From contig NC_047015.1 in assembly GCF_902652985.1 (NCBI RefSeq), forward strand, positions 13,082,001 to 13,146,000: a stretch of 64,000 bases of DNA, in the 5' to 3' direction. This DNA comes from Pecten maximus. Lineage: Eukaryota. The notes under the pieces are model-generated. The model was not told where the DNA came from and did no database searches. It saw nothing but the letters and a program-made list of their open reading frames with translations. Each line of letters opens with the position of its first letter. Position 1 is the first letter of the stretch. Shown here piece by piece: positions 42,001 to 54,428 of this stretch. Made by a program: the position numbers and the translations under genes.

Positions 42001-45000
42001 TCTGACTCAAATGTTGTTATATGTTTATATGTCGCAACAATCGTGATACAAAAAATTCTTGTTATACCCATCCCTAATGGTTACTGTAACTTAAAATGAA
42101 TAGCCATGAATTATTTTGTTTAGAGAGTAAGTTTGTGTGGCTTTGCTGTTCCTTTTTTGTTATCCAAGTTCTTTGTATTATATAGACAGTAACACTTTTA
42201 AATCATGACAAACCATTTAAAATCCATATCTTACCATGTGAACTGTCTTGGAACTGAACTATGGGATATTTGAAAACCGAGCAGTTCACTTATGTAGTTG
42301 CACTGAACAGTCAAAAGTATTAGGTCAACTGAAGGGAAATCCAAATCCATTTAGACTTGGTTGAGAATATAGAGAAAATACCCCTCTCTCCTAGTCCATC
42401 TTTTTTGTGAAATTTACTGAAACTCCTTAATGAAAATCATTGTGAAGTTGCTGAAGAGATATGGTAGGAATAAAAAAATTCTATTGATTTCCAATATTAA
42501 GCCATGGTTGTCCTGTTAATGATTAGTTTGTTGGTATTGTAGGACAAGCTATGGAGATTGGAAGTGCAGCCATCAACATGCTGATAGACACATGGGAGGG
42601 TCATCTCACACCGGCTGAAGTGGCGTCTTTGGCTGATAGAGCTTCCAGAGGTCGTGACCCTAACATGATCAGGGCAGCTGCAGAGCTAGCCCTGTCCTGC
42701 CTGCCCAACGCACAGGCTTTGAACCCTTCTGAGGTTCAAAGAGCTCTGATCCAATGTAAGGAGCAGAGTAGAGAGATGTTGCAGAGAGCTTGCTTGGCTG
42801 TAGAAAGTGCAGCTAAGGGAGGAGGTGTGTACCCTGAAGTTCTATTTGATGTTGCCAGACAGTGGTTTGAGTTGTCAGAGGAGGCTGCAAAGTCTAGTCA
42901 TAATCATCAATCTATAGAGACTACACCCCATAGTCATACGACAACAGAATCCAAAGATACTGGTGTTCCAACAGCAGTGGTGACTGCTGCTAGTGTGGCT
43001 GGGGCTCCACTTCCCACTGACAGGAGGAGTCCATCCTCACTGTCAGTCATTCCATTCAGCTCCACTCCTCCACATTCGTGTAATCAAGTGACACTGACAA
43101 ACACACCACAGATGATGCCCCGCGCTGTCAATAGTCAGATTCCTACTCAGCCCGTTGTGCTGTCATATGCCATTCCTCAAGCTAACCCTCATCATCCTCA
43201 GCTACCTCATCACCACCAGGCGTATGTTCAACATTACGGATATGTTCAGCAGATACAGCCATTTGGACATCAGTACACCACGCATCAGCCGATACCCATG
43301 CAGAATCACAACCTTCATCATTTTGTACCTGCATTCACATATCAAAATCAGCCTCATTTCAATAACATGCAAGGAATACCAACTCCTGCCAGTATATATC
43401 CTGCCAGTGCAGCTCCACCATTCCGGGCCCTGACTCCTGCTGTACAAGTGTTTCCTAGTCATGCACAGTGTCATCCTCCAACTGTTCAGCAGATTCCGAC
43501 ATCATCAGCAGGATCTGTACAGCCTTCACATCCAATTGAGGTGGTGTCTGATGGCTCCTCTCAGTCTCCTAGTCCGCCCCAGCCTGCTGCCATCCAGGGA
43601 CAGCATAATGGTCAACAGACAACCACTAATCAGGTCCAATTAAACTACCTGATGGCTGCTTTCCGTGTTGGCATGTTAGCTCTCGAAACCTTAGCAAGAC
43701 GTGTGCATGATGACCGACCACAAGCAAAGTACGCCCGCAACCCACCATATGGAGAGGATGTCAAATGGCTCCTTAACATAGCTATCAAATTAGGTATGGT
43801 CAATTTTGTGTGCAGTCAACACATTGTATAATCTTACACTAAAATGATTGGTCATGTTAGCTTTCACATCACAAAAACATTGTGAAACAACAGGATGAAG
43901 TAACATTTTAAAAAGCAGTAGAAATTGCATATTAATCCATTGTAAGGTAGAAGTCATGGATGTGAAATTTTGCGTTCCTTTCCATTGAAACATGACATTT
44001 TAAAACTTGACTCGGGAAAACATTTGGAAATGATTCTTCTATTATATACACAGTAGTTTATTCTAGACTTGATGTTGGTCATTAATGTGATTGTATAATA
44101 TATCATAGTATCCTGTTCATTGTCTACAAACCCCAAAAAACAAAATCTGATGAACTACAGTGGAACTTCGTTAACTCGAACTTGGATAACTCGAATACCC
44201 CGCTTAACTCGAAGTACCTCGCCGGTCCCGGCCGAATTCTCTCTTTATCTTAGTAAAAAAAACTCGGAAGATTCGAATTCGGATAACTCGAAAAACTCGG
44301 ATAATACGAAGTAAAAATTTTGTCCCAACAATAAAAATCCTACTTGAAATGTTCGAATAACTCGAAGTATAATTTTCGTCGATCGGTGGCAAACGCCGAC
44401 ATTTTTTAAGAGCTAAATTCCGTTTGTAATACTGAACATATCGGCACTACTAACCTACATGCTATTATAAGTGTTTCATAAATTCATAAAAGAAATTGTC
44501 GGTTGAATCTTATAACAACAAGTCTTGGTGATAAAAAGTACTGCTTTACTTACATCAGGTAATTTCCCAAGGCGGTCGCCGATAATAGTACACACGATAG
44601 TCAACAACTCATCTACCCGCTCGCTCAAGCGGAACTAATCTCTGACACACCGGTAGATCTACTCGGCTGATGTTTTTACAGGTGTAGAAATGACACAGTC
44701 ACCGGCGCCTATTAAATCTTTAAACTGCTGAAACAATAGCGTAATTACTGCCGAGGTGTTCAGAGTACAACTGTAACGGTCAGTGCTGTCTATTAAATCG
44801 GATAAAACGCCAACTCAGTTACAGTAACATTTTATACGCACATGCGCAGCCCAACTTCCGGTGCTAATACACATGGAAATGGCGTGGTTATCAATAAAAA
44901 GAAAGTAGGCCGATCAAACAGTATTTTATATATATCCAATAAAAGGTAATGGTTCTGTTACGTTTTGTATGCAATCTGTGTTAAACTTAAACGGTTATTT

Positions 45001-46665
45001 GTTTTGACATTAATAACTTGTTATTTTGTCGAATTCCGTTTTATCGTTTACCTTAAAATTGCAAACATGACTTGCACATCAGATCGTTATTGAAGTGACT
45101 AAGTGAAAGAAACTTTATCGTGACTGTATATCGGCAAAACTACACCAAATTACAAGTGACATAACGAAACATTACATATATATTTACATGTATTGACCAG
45201 TCTTCACACTAAACTGATGAGCGACAGAGCGAAGTTACTTTTCACCAAAAACGATAACTCGCTTAATTCGAACACTCGGATAACTCGAAGTTTTTTCGTG
45301 GTCCCGTCGACTTCGAGTTAACGAAGTTCCACTGTATTTATGAATTTAGATTTTTGATCAAAATTCTGTATGGAAGGACTTCATGGTAATATGTATGTCC
45401 CCAAACATAGAAAAATTTACAACATTATGATTCAAGGTAAATATTATCTGGAATTTTTTTTAAAAACCTTAACTATTGATGTGTTAGAAAGCAATCCTGG
45501 ATTATTGTTTTGTCTATCTTGCAGGTACAAATTATCTCCAGCAGTTTTGTGCCAGTGCAGTTAATGCAGTTGTCAGTCCTTTTGTTTTGTATGACATCTA
45601 CGTTGAAGGTGCTCACATCTTGGCCAGGAACAATCCGTCTATTCCACAAGGTCATCTGAGATCAAATAATATACTCAATCCCCTGGTCCAAAAATGTCTT
45701 CAAATGTAAGTATTAGTGGTGACTGATGATCAAAATAATTGAAAATTAGTCAAAAAAAAAAATCAATCATCGATGACGATTTTGAAAAGGCAATTAATCG
45801 GAAATTTCTGAAAGTGTTCTGAAATCATTGGCTTCATTTATTTTTTGTAATGTTATCAAACCAAGAAGTAGTTGACTTTATATTTCACCGATATATATTC
45901 ATCGGTCATTGACAAGCGATTGAGGAGATTTAGATATATTGACAACTGTTAAGTGCTTTGTTTGCATTCGGGTATCAAAGATATTGATATCAAAGGATTA
46001 GAAGTGTAATAAGTGTACTTGATATACATTTCTACATACATTTTCTATAAAAGGGCAATTCTGTGCTTAATTTAGAAAACTGATTATAATCAATAATCGA
46101 TCAATTACAAGTTTCCGATTATTGACTTTGATTCCCATCACTTGTAAGTATTGAAATCGTAGGAGCACATGCAGTATTATCTGGATGGATATACTATAGT
46201 TTACTTCATAAATTCACCCAGCCAGATGGTGAAATAGATCATTGTAAGTAAATCATTAAAATCCTTCCACAATGTTTCGATTTAATACTGGTGAGGATTT
46301 ATAACTTAAGTGACCAAGATAGCCATGGAAAAATTGTAGTTGATCTTGAGAATCCTTTGGCCAAGGAGACCCGATTGATAAATGGATATAACCTTTAAAC
46401 GTGTAATTGGAAAGTAATAAATTAAATATATCGTGTGATATTTTTCAGGTTCATCCAATGTGCTCACCAGCGTATACACCATATCAACCCTTCTGAGTAT
46501 GATGATTTCATAAACACCATCTGCAGTGCCAGAAATGCCTTTTGTCTCACACCAGGTGGTATGGTCCAATTTCAAGAGTTTCTACAAAGTCTACGCAGGA
46601 CCAAGTCATGCCGCAAGGATCTCTGGGCTAGGATAGTCAATGGGCTAGCTACTGGCAATGTTTGA
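18028..46665 (+). CDS. ZSWIM8: Zinc finger SWIM domain-containing protein 8 (Dora/EBAX-1 orthologue), ~1857 aa, 22 coding exons: 18028-18205, 23513-23672, 25439-25533, 26554-26729, 27183-27290, 27654-27735, 27876-27996, 28128-28323, 28552-29634, 29968-30109, 30643-30818, 31531-31717, 31944-32057, 35441-35565, 35818-36131, 37113-37213, 37797-37986, 38177-38269, 40988-41271, 42543-43793, 45525-45705, 46449-46665
   Basis: Recognisable blocks: N-terminal SFEDSDRFEEDSLCSWISEPESLCNNWRGWK, BC-box-like PLVELAAMAVA, IPEQLQLRIAFWSFPENEEDIRLYSCLANGSADEF, SWIM finger SCTCTC...WCSHVVALC, LRGREPEGMWNLLSIVREM, ASIDSSAPETTS, PNQPSEASAHFMFEL, WLSRTYSSHVSWITGQAMEIG, AAFRVGMLALETLARR. All junctions are GT-AG and phase-consistent; total 5574 nt, divisible by 3. 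Confidence 0.96.
18887..19221. mobile_element. Degenerate MITE, possibly MULE-like (9-bp TSD)
   Basis: Inverted TTTGCCCTAAA / TTTAGGGCAAA near the ends; flanks AAAATGCAT and ACAATGCAT. Confidence 0.45.
19547..19765 (+). mobile_element. tRNA-derived SINE with V/Meta-type central domain
   Basis: A-box-like GGCAGAGTGG, B-box GAGTTCGAAAC, core GGTTTTTCTCCGGGTACTCCGGCTTTCCTCC, AAAC/AAACC tail, perfect 13-bp TSD TCTTGTTGTTTTC (19534-19546 and 19766-19778). Confidence 0.9.
20693..21483 (+). mobile_element. Non-autonomous Helentron-type (HINE / pearl-like) element with internal repeats
   Basis: 5' TTATACCC...GGGTATA stem, GTCCGTCTGT remnant, three copies of a ~60-bp block (near 20814, 20966, 21132), 3' GGGGGTAT sub-TIR and CTAGTTT end. 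Confidence 0.65.
24028..24370 (+). mobile_element. Truncated, degraded HINE related to the 33.6-kb element
   Basis: Begins TTTAGGTCATCTGACCC...GACCTATAG...GCCGTGC...AAACTTTT, like the 5' end of the element at 33571. Confidence 0.55.
25116..25242. repeat. Small foldback element (~28-bp inverted repeat)
   Basis: AAGTTATATAACACAACCAATATGATAT pairs with ATATCATATTGATTGTGTTATATAACTT with one mismatch. Confidence 0.75.
30157..30413 (+). mobile_element. Short degraded HINE
   Basis: 5' AGGTCAC...GTGACCT stem, TGTCGTCC remnant, 3' GAGGCC...GGCCTC hairpin followed by a T-run. Confidence 0.5.
32808..33355. mobile_element. hAT-like MITE containing a nested SINE fragment
   Basis: TIRs TAGGGGTGAAAC / GTTTCACCCCTA; subterminal GGTTCG/CCGTAC-type repeats. 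Confidence 0.75.
33195..33267 (+). mobile_element. 5'-truncated SINE (3' tail only)
   Basis: CGTCCTTAAATGACCTTAGCTGTTAATAGGACGTTAAA tail nearly identical to the 19547 SINE; 12-bp TSD ACCGTAATTTGC (33183-33194 and 33268-33279). Confidence 0.85.
33571..35290 (+). mobile_element. Complete non-autonomous Helentron-type element (HINE / pearl-like) carrying ~9 tandem ~160-bp core repeats
   Basis: 5' sub-TIR GGTCATCTGA in a stem-loop, CCGT/GTCC microsatellite, cores starting near 33691, 33851, 34012, 34173, 34333, 34493, 34652, 34813 and 34970, 3' sub-TIR TCAGATGACC, palindrome AGGCCCATGGGCCT, CTTGTT end in T-rich flanks. Confidence 0.9.
36259..36430. mobile_element. Short old MITE with TA TSD
   Basis: TA|CTGTAAATG ... 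CGTTTACAG|TA; internal TTTCGC/TTGCG repeats. Confidence 0.55.
41596..42076. mobile_element. hAT-type MITE
   Basis: Perfect 8-bp TSD ATGGTTAC (41588-41595 and 42077-42084); termini TAGTGGTG / CATCCCTA. Confidence 0.75.
44158..45334. mobile_element. Young Tc1/mariner-superfamily (pogo/Tigger-like) non-autonomous element, 1177 bp
   Basis: Perfect 23-bp TIR CAGTGGAACTTCGTTAACTCGAA, TA TSD, subterminal TAACTCGAA repeats, CpGs retained, no transposase ORF. Confidence 0.9.
45714..46143. mobile_element. hAT-type MITE inserted 8 bp into the last ZSWIM8 intron
   Basis: 8-bp TSD GTAAGTAT (45706-45713 and 46144-46151); termini TAGTGGTG / CATCACTT; decayed subterminal AATCGA repeats. Confidence 0.7.
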
Positions 46666-49600
46666 TGTCAATTTTATATAGACCACTGACTATAACAATA
46701 TGAAGATATCTATTTCTCTATGACAAAAAAAAAAGCAAAACTACTGTTGTGTACGAAGATATTTATATTTTTGTGGAAGAGGAATTTCAATTCATCCTTA
46801 AATTCAGGATTTTACAAGGATTTATCAGATAACATAATGTTATATTTTAATGAAACTTGAGTTTATTACAGACAAAACAGATGAGTTATATTTGTTTGAC
46901 TATTTTCATTCTGTTGGTATTCTATCTCACATCAGTGTCAAAGTAAATCATAATCTATTCAGGTATCATACTCACTATATTAAATGTTTAATATTATGTT
47001 GATTATATGTTAAACTTGGTTATATACACATTTAGTTTTTACTTGTGTATTGTGGTTGATGATTTAATGTTGAATTTATACACTGTTCATTGATGAGTAT
47101 CCTTTTGTTTGTTGATATATAAATATTAGTATGTTTTACTGTTTATTGATGCTATCTTTGTACACCAGGAATATAACACACCCATAGTCCACTAATGCCA
47201 AATCCAGTGTTGATACAACTTCGCTAGATGTGTATGTAGAATGTATACAGTTTTATATAGAACAACCAGTAAGTATGTGTGATGTTTTAGTGACTAGTAC
47301 CTTTCTCTGGCTTGATCAAGGTGTAGTTATCGAAGAGTCATGCTTAAATTTCTCTTAAACTGCACAATCTGAACAAAATGTCAAATTTGGTTAAAACAGG
47401 ATGTTAGCTGGGGTATTTGTTTTGACTGAATCTTGTGTGGAATCAAAAAGGAAATTAGCAGGTGTTTATGAGTATAATCTATGCACAATTTGAGTTTGTT
47501 TTTAATATGCTATACTCTAAAATATTTAAAACAGTTGAAAGTTGCATATACCGGGATTGTTGAATGTCATGTAATTTATTTATCAAACTTCGATCAAAGT
47601 TTCACTTTTAGGCAACCCATTATCTTCCATGATGGATATTTTTACATCAGATTTTTTTTTTTTTTTTAATGTTTATGAAAACCTAATTATTTTTACACCA
47701 TAACAAAACCTATAAGCAATAGATAATGTCCTCTGTGAAGTATTTATGTATTCAATCTATTATTTTGAAGTAGTTTCATCTGCATTTTTTACAGATTGAT
47801 TTTGTATTGTTTTCTGAAAGACTACAAGTGTATAGTAAAAAGAAATTTATTGCTTTAACCATAAACTGGACAGAATCCAAACATTTTAAATCCTTCATTT
47901 TTTAAAGACTATTTGAGTTTTGTGATACATATGCATTATATGTAATAAAAAGAAAAAGGTAAGCTAAAGATAAAAAGCATATTGACTGTCATCCAGGAAT
48001 TTGTAGTCTTGGCAAGGGAAGTGCCTCGGTCAGAAAATGCCCTAAAGCGAATCACAATAACTTTTTATGCTGTTGGTGCACTGTAATATTCAATGAAAAA
48101 GTGTTCAGTTTATGGTAAAGTTTCTCACAACTATTTTTTCATATGATAAATTCAAGTTGAATTAATATTTGATTAATTCAGAGTGTTTGGCTTGCCAATA
48201 TCTTACCATTCAATGTCTCATATTTGTATTGTTTTAATCGAAAAGTCTAAAATTCCTTAAAACATTTCATTTGATGATTTCCTTTATATGTAGAAGTACG
48301 ATAGCGGTTTTATGGTCAAGGTCAAGGCTACTTTTCAAAAATAGAAAGTTAATACTTTATATAGACAGCAAATATATTTTGCCAGTCATTAAGCAAAACT
48401 GTCGAAGTAAACCGATGGACAGCCAATCACAAAGTTTGATTCTTGTAGATATGTCAATGTTTTAGTATTCCCTAATTACACCTTCAGCCCTTTTGATGTA
48501 TCCATCAAACCACACTAAATTAGATTAAAACTAACAAGCTTAGGTTAAAACATTTAGAATGTGCTTTCCCTCGATGAAATTTTCTCATAAAAAACCAGTG
48601 GTTCTGGTCACTTAGTGTATCACTATCATGTGCAAGATAAGCATCCTAAACAGTAAATATGTATTAATTTGAATTTCTGTATTGCATGCCTTTGTAAATA
48701 TTCCTTGTAGTATTGTTTTATAACTAGAATATATTTATATTTATTCATTCATTTGTGATTTATTTAATTAAATTTTTGTTGTATTTCTACAATAATACAA
48801 TGTCTGTAATTGCCAATTTAAAAAAAAAATATTCCCATGATTTATAAAAATCTTTCTTTACTTATTCATTTAATTTTCAGTCTTTTATGATATTATTTAA
48901 ACATTCTTATGTGGGGTATATATTTTGATGATATGGTTATTTAATTTATTGTTAAATGAAAAAAAACCTTTAGTAAGTATTAAAATGGGTTATGATACAG
49001 TAAACATCACATACACCTGAGGACACAACCAATGAGGAAGCCAACTTCCCTGGCTTCACAAAAGACAGTGAAATAAATCTGTTACATATCAAGTGTTCTA
49101 CTCATAGGCAAACGAGGATTATATAGTGTGACTGTGGGAATTTGTTAATTTTATTTGTGCCATGGTGGATAAATTTTATAAAATGTTAATATTTCTATAT
49201 TTTATAGAATAGACATTTAAATGAACACTCATTGCTGTAAAAAAAAATAGAAAAAAAAAAGAAAAAAAAGCAACTCTCCAAACATGTCTGTTTTTATGTC
49301 AAAGAAAGTATGGAAATTGTGTAGGGTGAGTAAAGGGTACTGATACTAGAGGTATAAATATGGATAACATTGGAATAATCACTGGAGACGTTTTAGCGTA
49401 TATGACCACGTAAACCAAGCATTTTCAGCAGCACCTGTATCTATTTATATTTGTATACTTTTTTTAAATGTTGATAATCCAACAGAAAAACAAAACAAAA
49501 AAAGCTACTCACCTTGAGACTGTTGATCATGAATTATCTGATGATGTTATCTTGTATTTAAATGATGTAGAATTGGTTATGTTTATGTAAATTTTTAATA

Positions 49601-50013
49601 GTGACAAAGATATAATACTCCCAGCATGAAATATGTAATAGGACTTGCATATATACCTGCTAAATGCATTATTGAAATTGTTCTAGAAATTGTCTCTCAA
49701 TACTTTTGTACGGCATAAACATGTAAACACACAACCTAGGGTATTGTCAGTTTCTTAAAGAAATTAAATTATTTTGGCTTCCAGATAAACTGCTTAGTAT
49801 TTCCAATTCTGAACTTAATGATTTGGATGTATTAACCATTGGAGTGTTTGATTTTTTACTATTTGTTTAATCCATAAAGAATAGATTGTATGTGTATATG
49901 TGTTTATCTTCAAAGTCCCATCTTTGTATGCTTGAAGCATATTTGGTAATGTTGAATGTTTTTTTCTTGAATTTGAATGAATAGAGTAGACATAATTGTT
50001 AACATTGAATAAA
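46666..50013 (+). other. Probable long AU-rich 3'UTR of ZSWIM8 (3' end uncertain)
   Basis: Repeat-poor, U-rich sequence after the stop. AATAAA at 47944, 49072 and 50008; Pumilio element TGTAAATA at 48693-48700. Confidence 0.5.
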
Positions 50014-50065
50014 GCCTAGAACAGAAATAACAGCACTAGTTAACACTAAATTCAGGGTCGAGAGC

Positions 50066-50853
50066 AAACAGCAATACTGGTTAATGTTAAAACAGCAGTA
50101 CCCATTAATATCAAAACAGCAGTACCCGTTAATATCAAAACAGCAGTACTGGTTAATATTAAAACAGCAGTACCGGTTAATATCAAAACAGCAGTACTTG
50201 TTGATATTAAAACAGCAGTACCGGTTAATATCAAAACAGCAGTACTTGTTGATATTAAAACAGCAGTACTTGTTAATATTAAAACAACAGTACCGGTTAA
50301 TATCAAAACAGCAGTACCCGTTAATATCAAAACAGCAGTACTTGCTGATATTAAAACAGCAGTACTTGTTGATATTAAAACAGCAGTACCGGTTAATATT
50401 AAAACAGTAATATCAGTTAATATTGAAACAGCAGTACCGGTCAATATTAAAAGAGCAGTACCGGTTAATATTAAAACAGCAGTACCGGTTAATATTGAAA
50501 CAGCAGTACCGGTCAATATTAAAACAGCAGTACCCGTTAATATTAAAACAGCAGTACCCGTTAATATTGAAACAGCAGTACCGGTCAATATTAAAACAGC
50601 AGTACCCGTTAATATTAAAACAGCAGTACTTGTTAATATTGAAACAGCAGTACTGGTCAGTACTGGTCAATATTAAAACAGCAGTACTTGTTAATATTGA
50701 AACAGCAGTACTGGTCCGTACTGGTCAATATTAAAACAGCAGTACCCGTTAATATTAAAACAGTAATATTGGTTAATATTAAAACAGTAGTACTGGTAAA
50801 TATATAAAAACAGCTGCAGTTCTGGTTAATACTAAAACAGCAGTACTTGTTAA
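50066..50853. repeat. 24-bp minisatellite, ~32 units (AATATTAAAACAGCAGTACCGGTT)
   Basis: Directly visible tandem array; produces the repetitive ORFs LILTGTAV and ILKQQY. Confidence 0.95.
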
Positions 50854-53800
50854 CCACAGAACAAGATAAAATTTAATTTAGAGTAAAGGAAAAATCGACG
50901 GTACTAATCAACATACAGTTAACCCAGAGTGTCAGCAGCAGTACTAGTTAACATTAAAATAAAACTGGTTCACATAAAAGTAACCTTAAGGAGTAACCGG
51001 CTGGGTAACATTATAAATCTGTAAAGTGCCGTACTTATGTTGTATGAGTATGCACATATTTCTTTGCATTGATCATTGGTAGTACTGTGTATATAAGATA
51101 TTTATGAAACAAAATTGGACAAAGTTTAGAGATAAAAAAGTACTCTATCATGATGAAAGGAATTCAAATTTAACATGCAATATTAATAAAATTGGGTTGA
51201 ATATGAAAATGTGTTTGTATACTGGTAATATGAATATCAATTCAATAGGATTTTCCATTTAATATTGCTTGTGCCTTCATATCTGGATACATTACTTAAT
51301 ACACTACATTTGTCATCACAACTGCATTTTCTTCAGCAACACTCCTGCTTTGTGCTCATTTTTAATTTGCTCATATTATCAGCTGAAAATGTGGCAAACA
51401 GCTGCCAGAAGTTCATTGAACATGCTTATTATCCAAGTCCAACATTAGTATGTGTTGTATTTGCTAGTCACCTTGGTAAGTGATCTCCTGTTCATTAATT
51501 ATGGTACCAGAGGCCATTCATTCAATTTAACATTCAGAAATATTGTGTATAGGATCAAAATTAGCACATTTAACTTTTCATCAAAATGATTTAGTATTAA
51601 TGTTTCAAATTTCAAATTGATTGCATAATTTGTGTTTAACTATGTCAAATTAATTTTGATCTCATTTATATATAATATATATACATATTTATATATAAGC
51701 AACGAACAGGTATCAGAATATAAAATGAATAATCAATGGAATGCTAGTTCTTTTTTCTATTATTTTTTTAATAACAATAAAATTTTGTTGTGATTAATTC
51801 CTGTGTCTAAGGTACTTGCTAGTATTGAGAAGTGATTTCGAGTGAGAGGAGATTTCGGAAAATTTTCATTGTATATTGTGGATTAAATGAAGAATTAAAG
51901 GCTATATTAGAGGGGCAACTGTTGTTAAGGGGAATTTAAGGTCAATTTTGGGATAAAACATGGAGGAATCTTAAGAAATAAACTTCATTATGTTGGCATT
52001 CCTGCTTGTGGTATATATAGATATCACTGAAGGTACTGAAATTATAATTAATTTCCTCATTTTTTGTTGCTCTTGTGTCTGGGGGAAATCACAATCTGCT
52101 TGTGATACACAACAGTAAAACAATTTTTTTTTTATTCTGTGAAAATAGTATCATAACTTAATATATAGATAGACTAAAATCTATTTTTTTTTTTTTTGGA
52201 AAAGTGTTGTAAAAGAAAACATTTTTTGTCAGTTAATTGATTTCTTTTTCTACACCAATTACATCCAAATATACCCAATGTGACGACATCATGTTCATCT
52301 GGAAGTGATTATTTATGCAATCAATTTGATCTTCAGAAGGGTACTTAGTCATCACTGGTCCAAATCCACTGACATTTGATAGCTTGCCACTGTCATGTGA
52401 CCAGGTACTCCTCCTCCCCATATTAAGTGTAGAATGCATGACTTATGCAATGAAGCAGCAGTGTAAAAGTGTACACCCCAACTCACCAGAGTATCTGTTC
52501 ATCACAGAGCATAATGTTTTATAGCATCCCACCATCCATGTTTGTAGCAGTTGTAGCATCCACTCATGTCATCCAAACCGTAATAAAGTAATGTATTAGA
52601 TAAACATGTGTTGTGTTGTACCTTCAGTTATATACTTCGGGATGAAAGGGTGTACTGAATATAGAGTGCATCATCAATATACAATATAGTACCAAAACGC
52701 AGGGCAAATACACATCGGTCTCCTGCCATCATGGCATACATTCTTGTATCAAAATGCAATTAAATATGGTAGACTATTGTATTCAGGGAGTGAGGATGAA
52801 ACGTAGCTTAATGCAGCAATATTTATACAAAGTAAAATCCAATTTAATTCCTGGTATCCAAATTTGTATTGAAGCTACTGTATGTATAATGTAACTTGTA
52901 TGTAAAGAGGATTTTATTCTCTAAAAATATAACACACTCCTCATTTGGTAAGAAGACAGAAAATGCCAAATGTAAATAAGATGTTATTACACAGTTGCAT
53001 ATGGAACTCAATATGACAACAATTCACTGATGGATATTAGCATCCTGTGTTGTGGTGTTACATTAAACTTGTGTTAATCTGGATGGCATTACAGGATTAT
53101 AAATACAACATGCTTTTCGAGAAGATTGAACAATAAAATATGTGTATAAAACATTTACAAGCTGATAAAATAAACCCCAGAATACATACAAAAGTAATAT
53201 AAGAAATGTGAGTATAATCAAAAATCGGAAATTTTATCACTTTTACAGTCTTGTCCCTTTTCTGTGTTAATATGAATATCTATTTTCATCAAAAGTCGTC
53301 ATAAGAAATTTGAGTTGGAAAGTGTGGTCCACATTCAGAGTGGTGGTATAATGCTTTGGTATGCTATGGCAATATATAATATGTTGATGGTCAAATATGA
53401 CCGAATTAAAAAAAATATCTATAGCAAAAGAAGTTGACTGTAATCATCCTGTATGGATCACAGGGACATGGATGTTAAAATGGTAAATTCGCCAGAAATA
53501 TCTAGATATATATATAAAGGGTTTATTTACATGAATACATATTTTCTGGTTGATTTTAGGACTTCAGACTATACATTTCCCTGTACTGCTTGTCGCAAAA
53601 ATGACACCCAATGTATATAAATAGAGTTGAATTATTTAAACCGCAGAAGTCCATGTTTGCATGTATAGCATCCAGAATGTTTTCCGAAAAAAAAGTCAGT
53701 AAAGAGAAACAAATCAGAAATAAATACCATCCATATCCATTTCACCTAACAACATGTAGAGTAGTTAGTCTAGAACGAATATTCATACCCTGCCTACACT

Positions 53801-54428
53801 GCTACATCCGTCAGAAATTGTCCGTCCGTCGTCCAGAGCTACGTTATCGCAGCTATAGTTAGTCTAGTGTGGTTTTAGATTAATGAAGTTGCGACGGAGC
53901 TACTGGTTTGCTTATCACACAACGATAATCCGACAGTTTTCTATTTACAGTTTATTCACATATTTACAAGTTCTATTTACAAGTCACATTTATTTACAGT
54001 ACATGAGTCAAACTTCCTCACGCTGTCCCATCCACACTCCTCGCTGCCCACACTCCACTAACCATTCATGCTACATACCATTATCCTAATCACCCTGTCC
54101 AGGCACACCCATTCTCACGCCACTGGCTCCCCTTATCTGTAAAGCCATAAACTTTTACTCCTCATCCAAAAGAACAATTTCATACATTAATTCATTTATA
54201 AACATAGCATTGTCTAAACAGTCTAATGATAAGTTCCCCTTTATTATACTTAATGATCTTGACACTTCAATTAAAATTTGACATCTCTTGACACTCGGTG
54301 AGGTGCCTTGGGACAATGTCAAGACATTAGCCATACATACATGCCAGTCTGTTTCTCTCACCCTACTCTGTCGCTGCTCCTTATCTTTATCACCCTGTCA
54401 CAAAGTTTATATTTGTGTTAAAAATGTT

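Noticed and set aside
46663-46670. Stop-codon readthrough or selenocysteine at the ZSWIM8 TGA
   Set aside because: Context TGA-TGT is not a leaky motif and no SECIS was evident.
50052-50857. Repetitive ORFs (LILTGTAV, ILKQQY, YCCFNIN)
   Set aside because: Artefacts of a 24-bp minisatellite that is open in several frames on both strands.
51383-52439. Isolated exon-like block 51383-51475 (+) and ORF 52233-52439 (-)
   Set aside because: No recognisable homology or partner exons.
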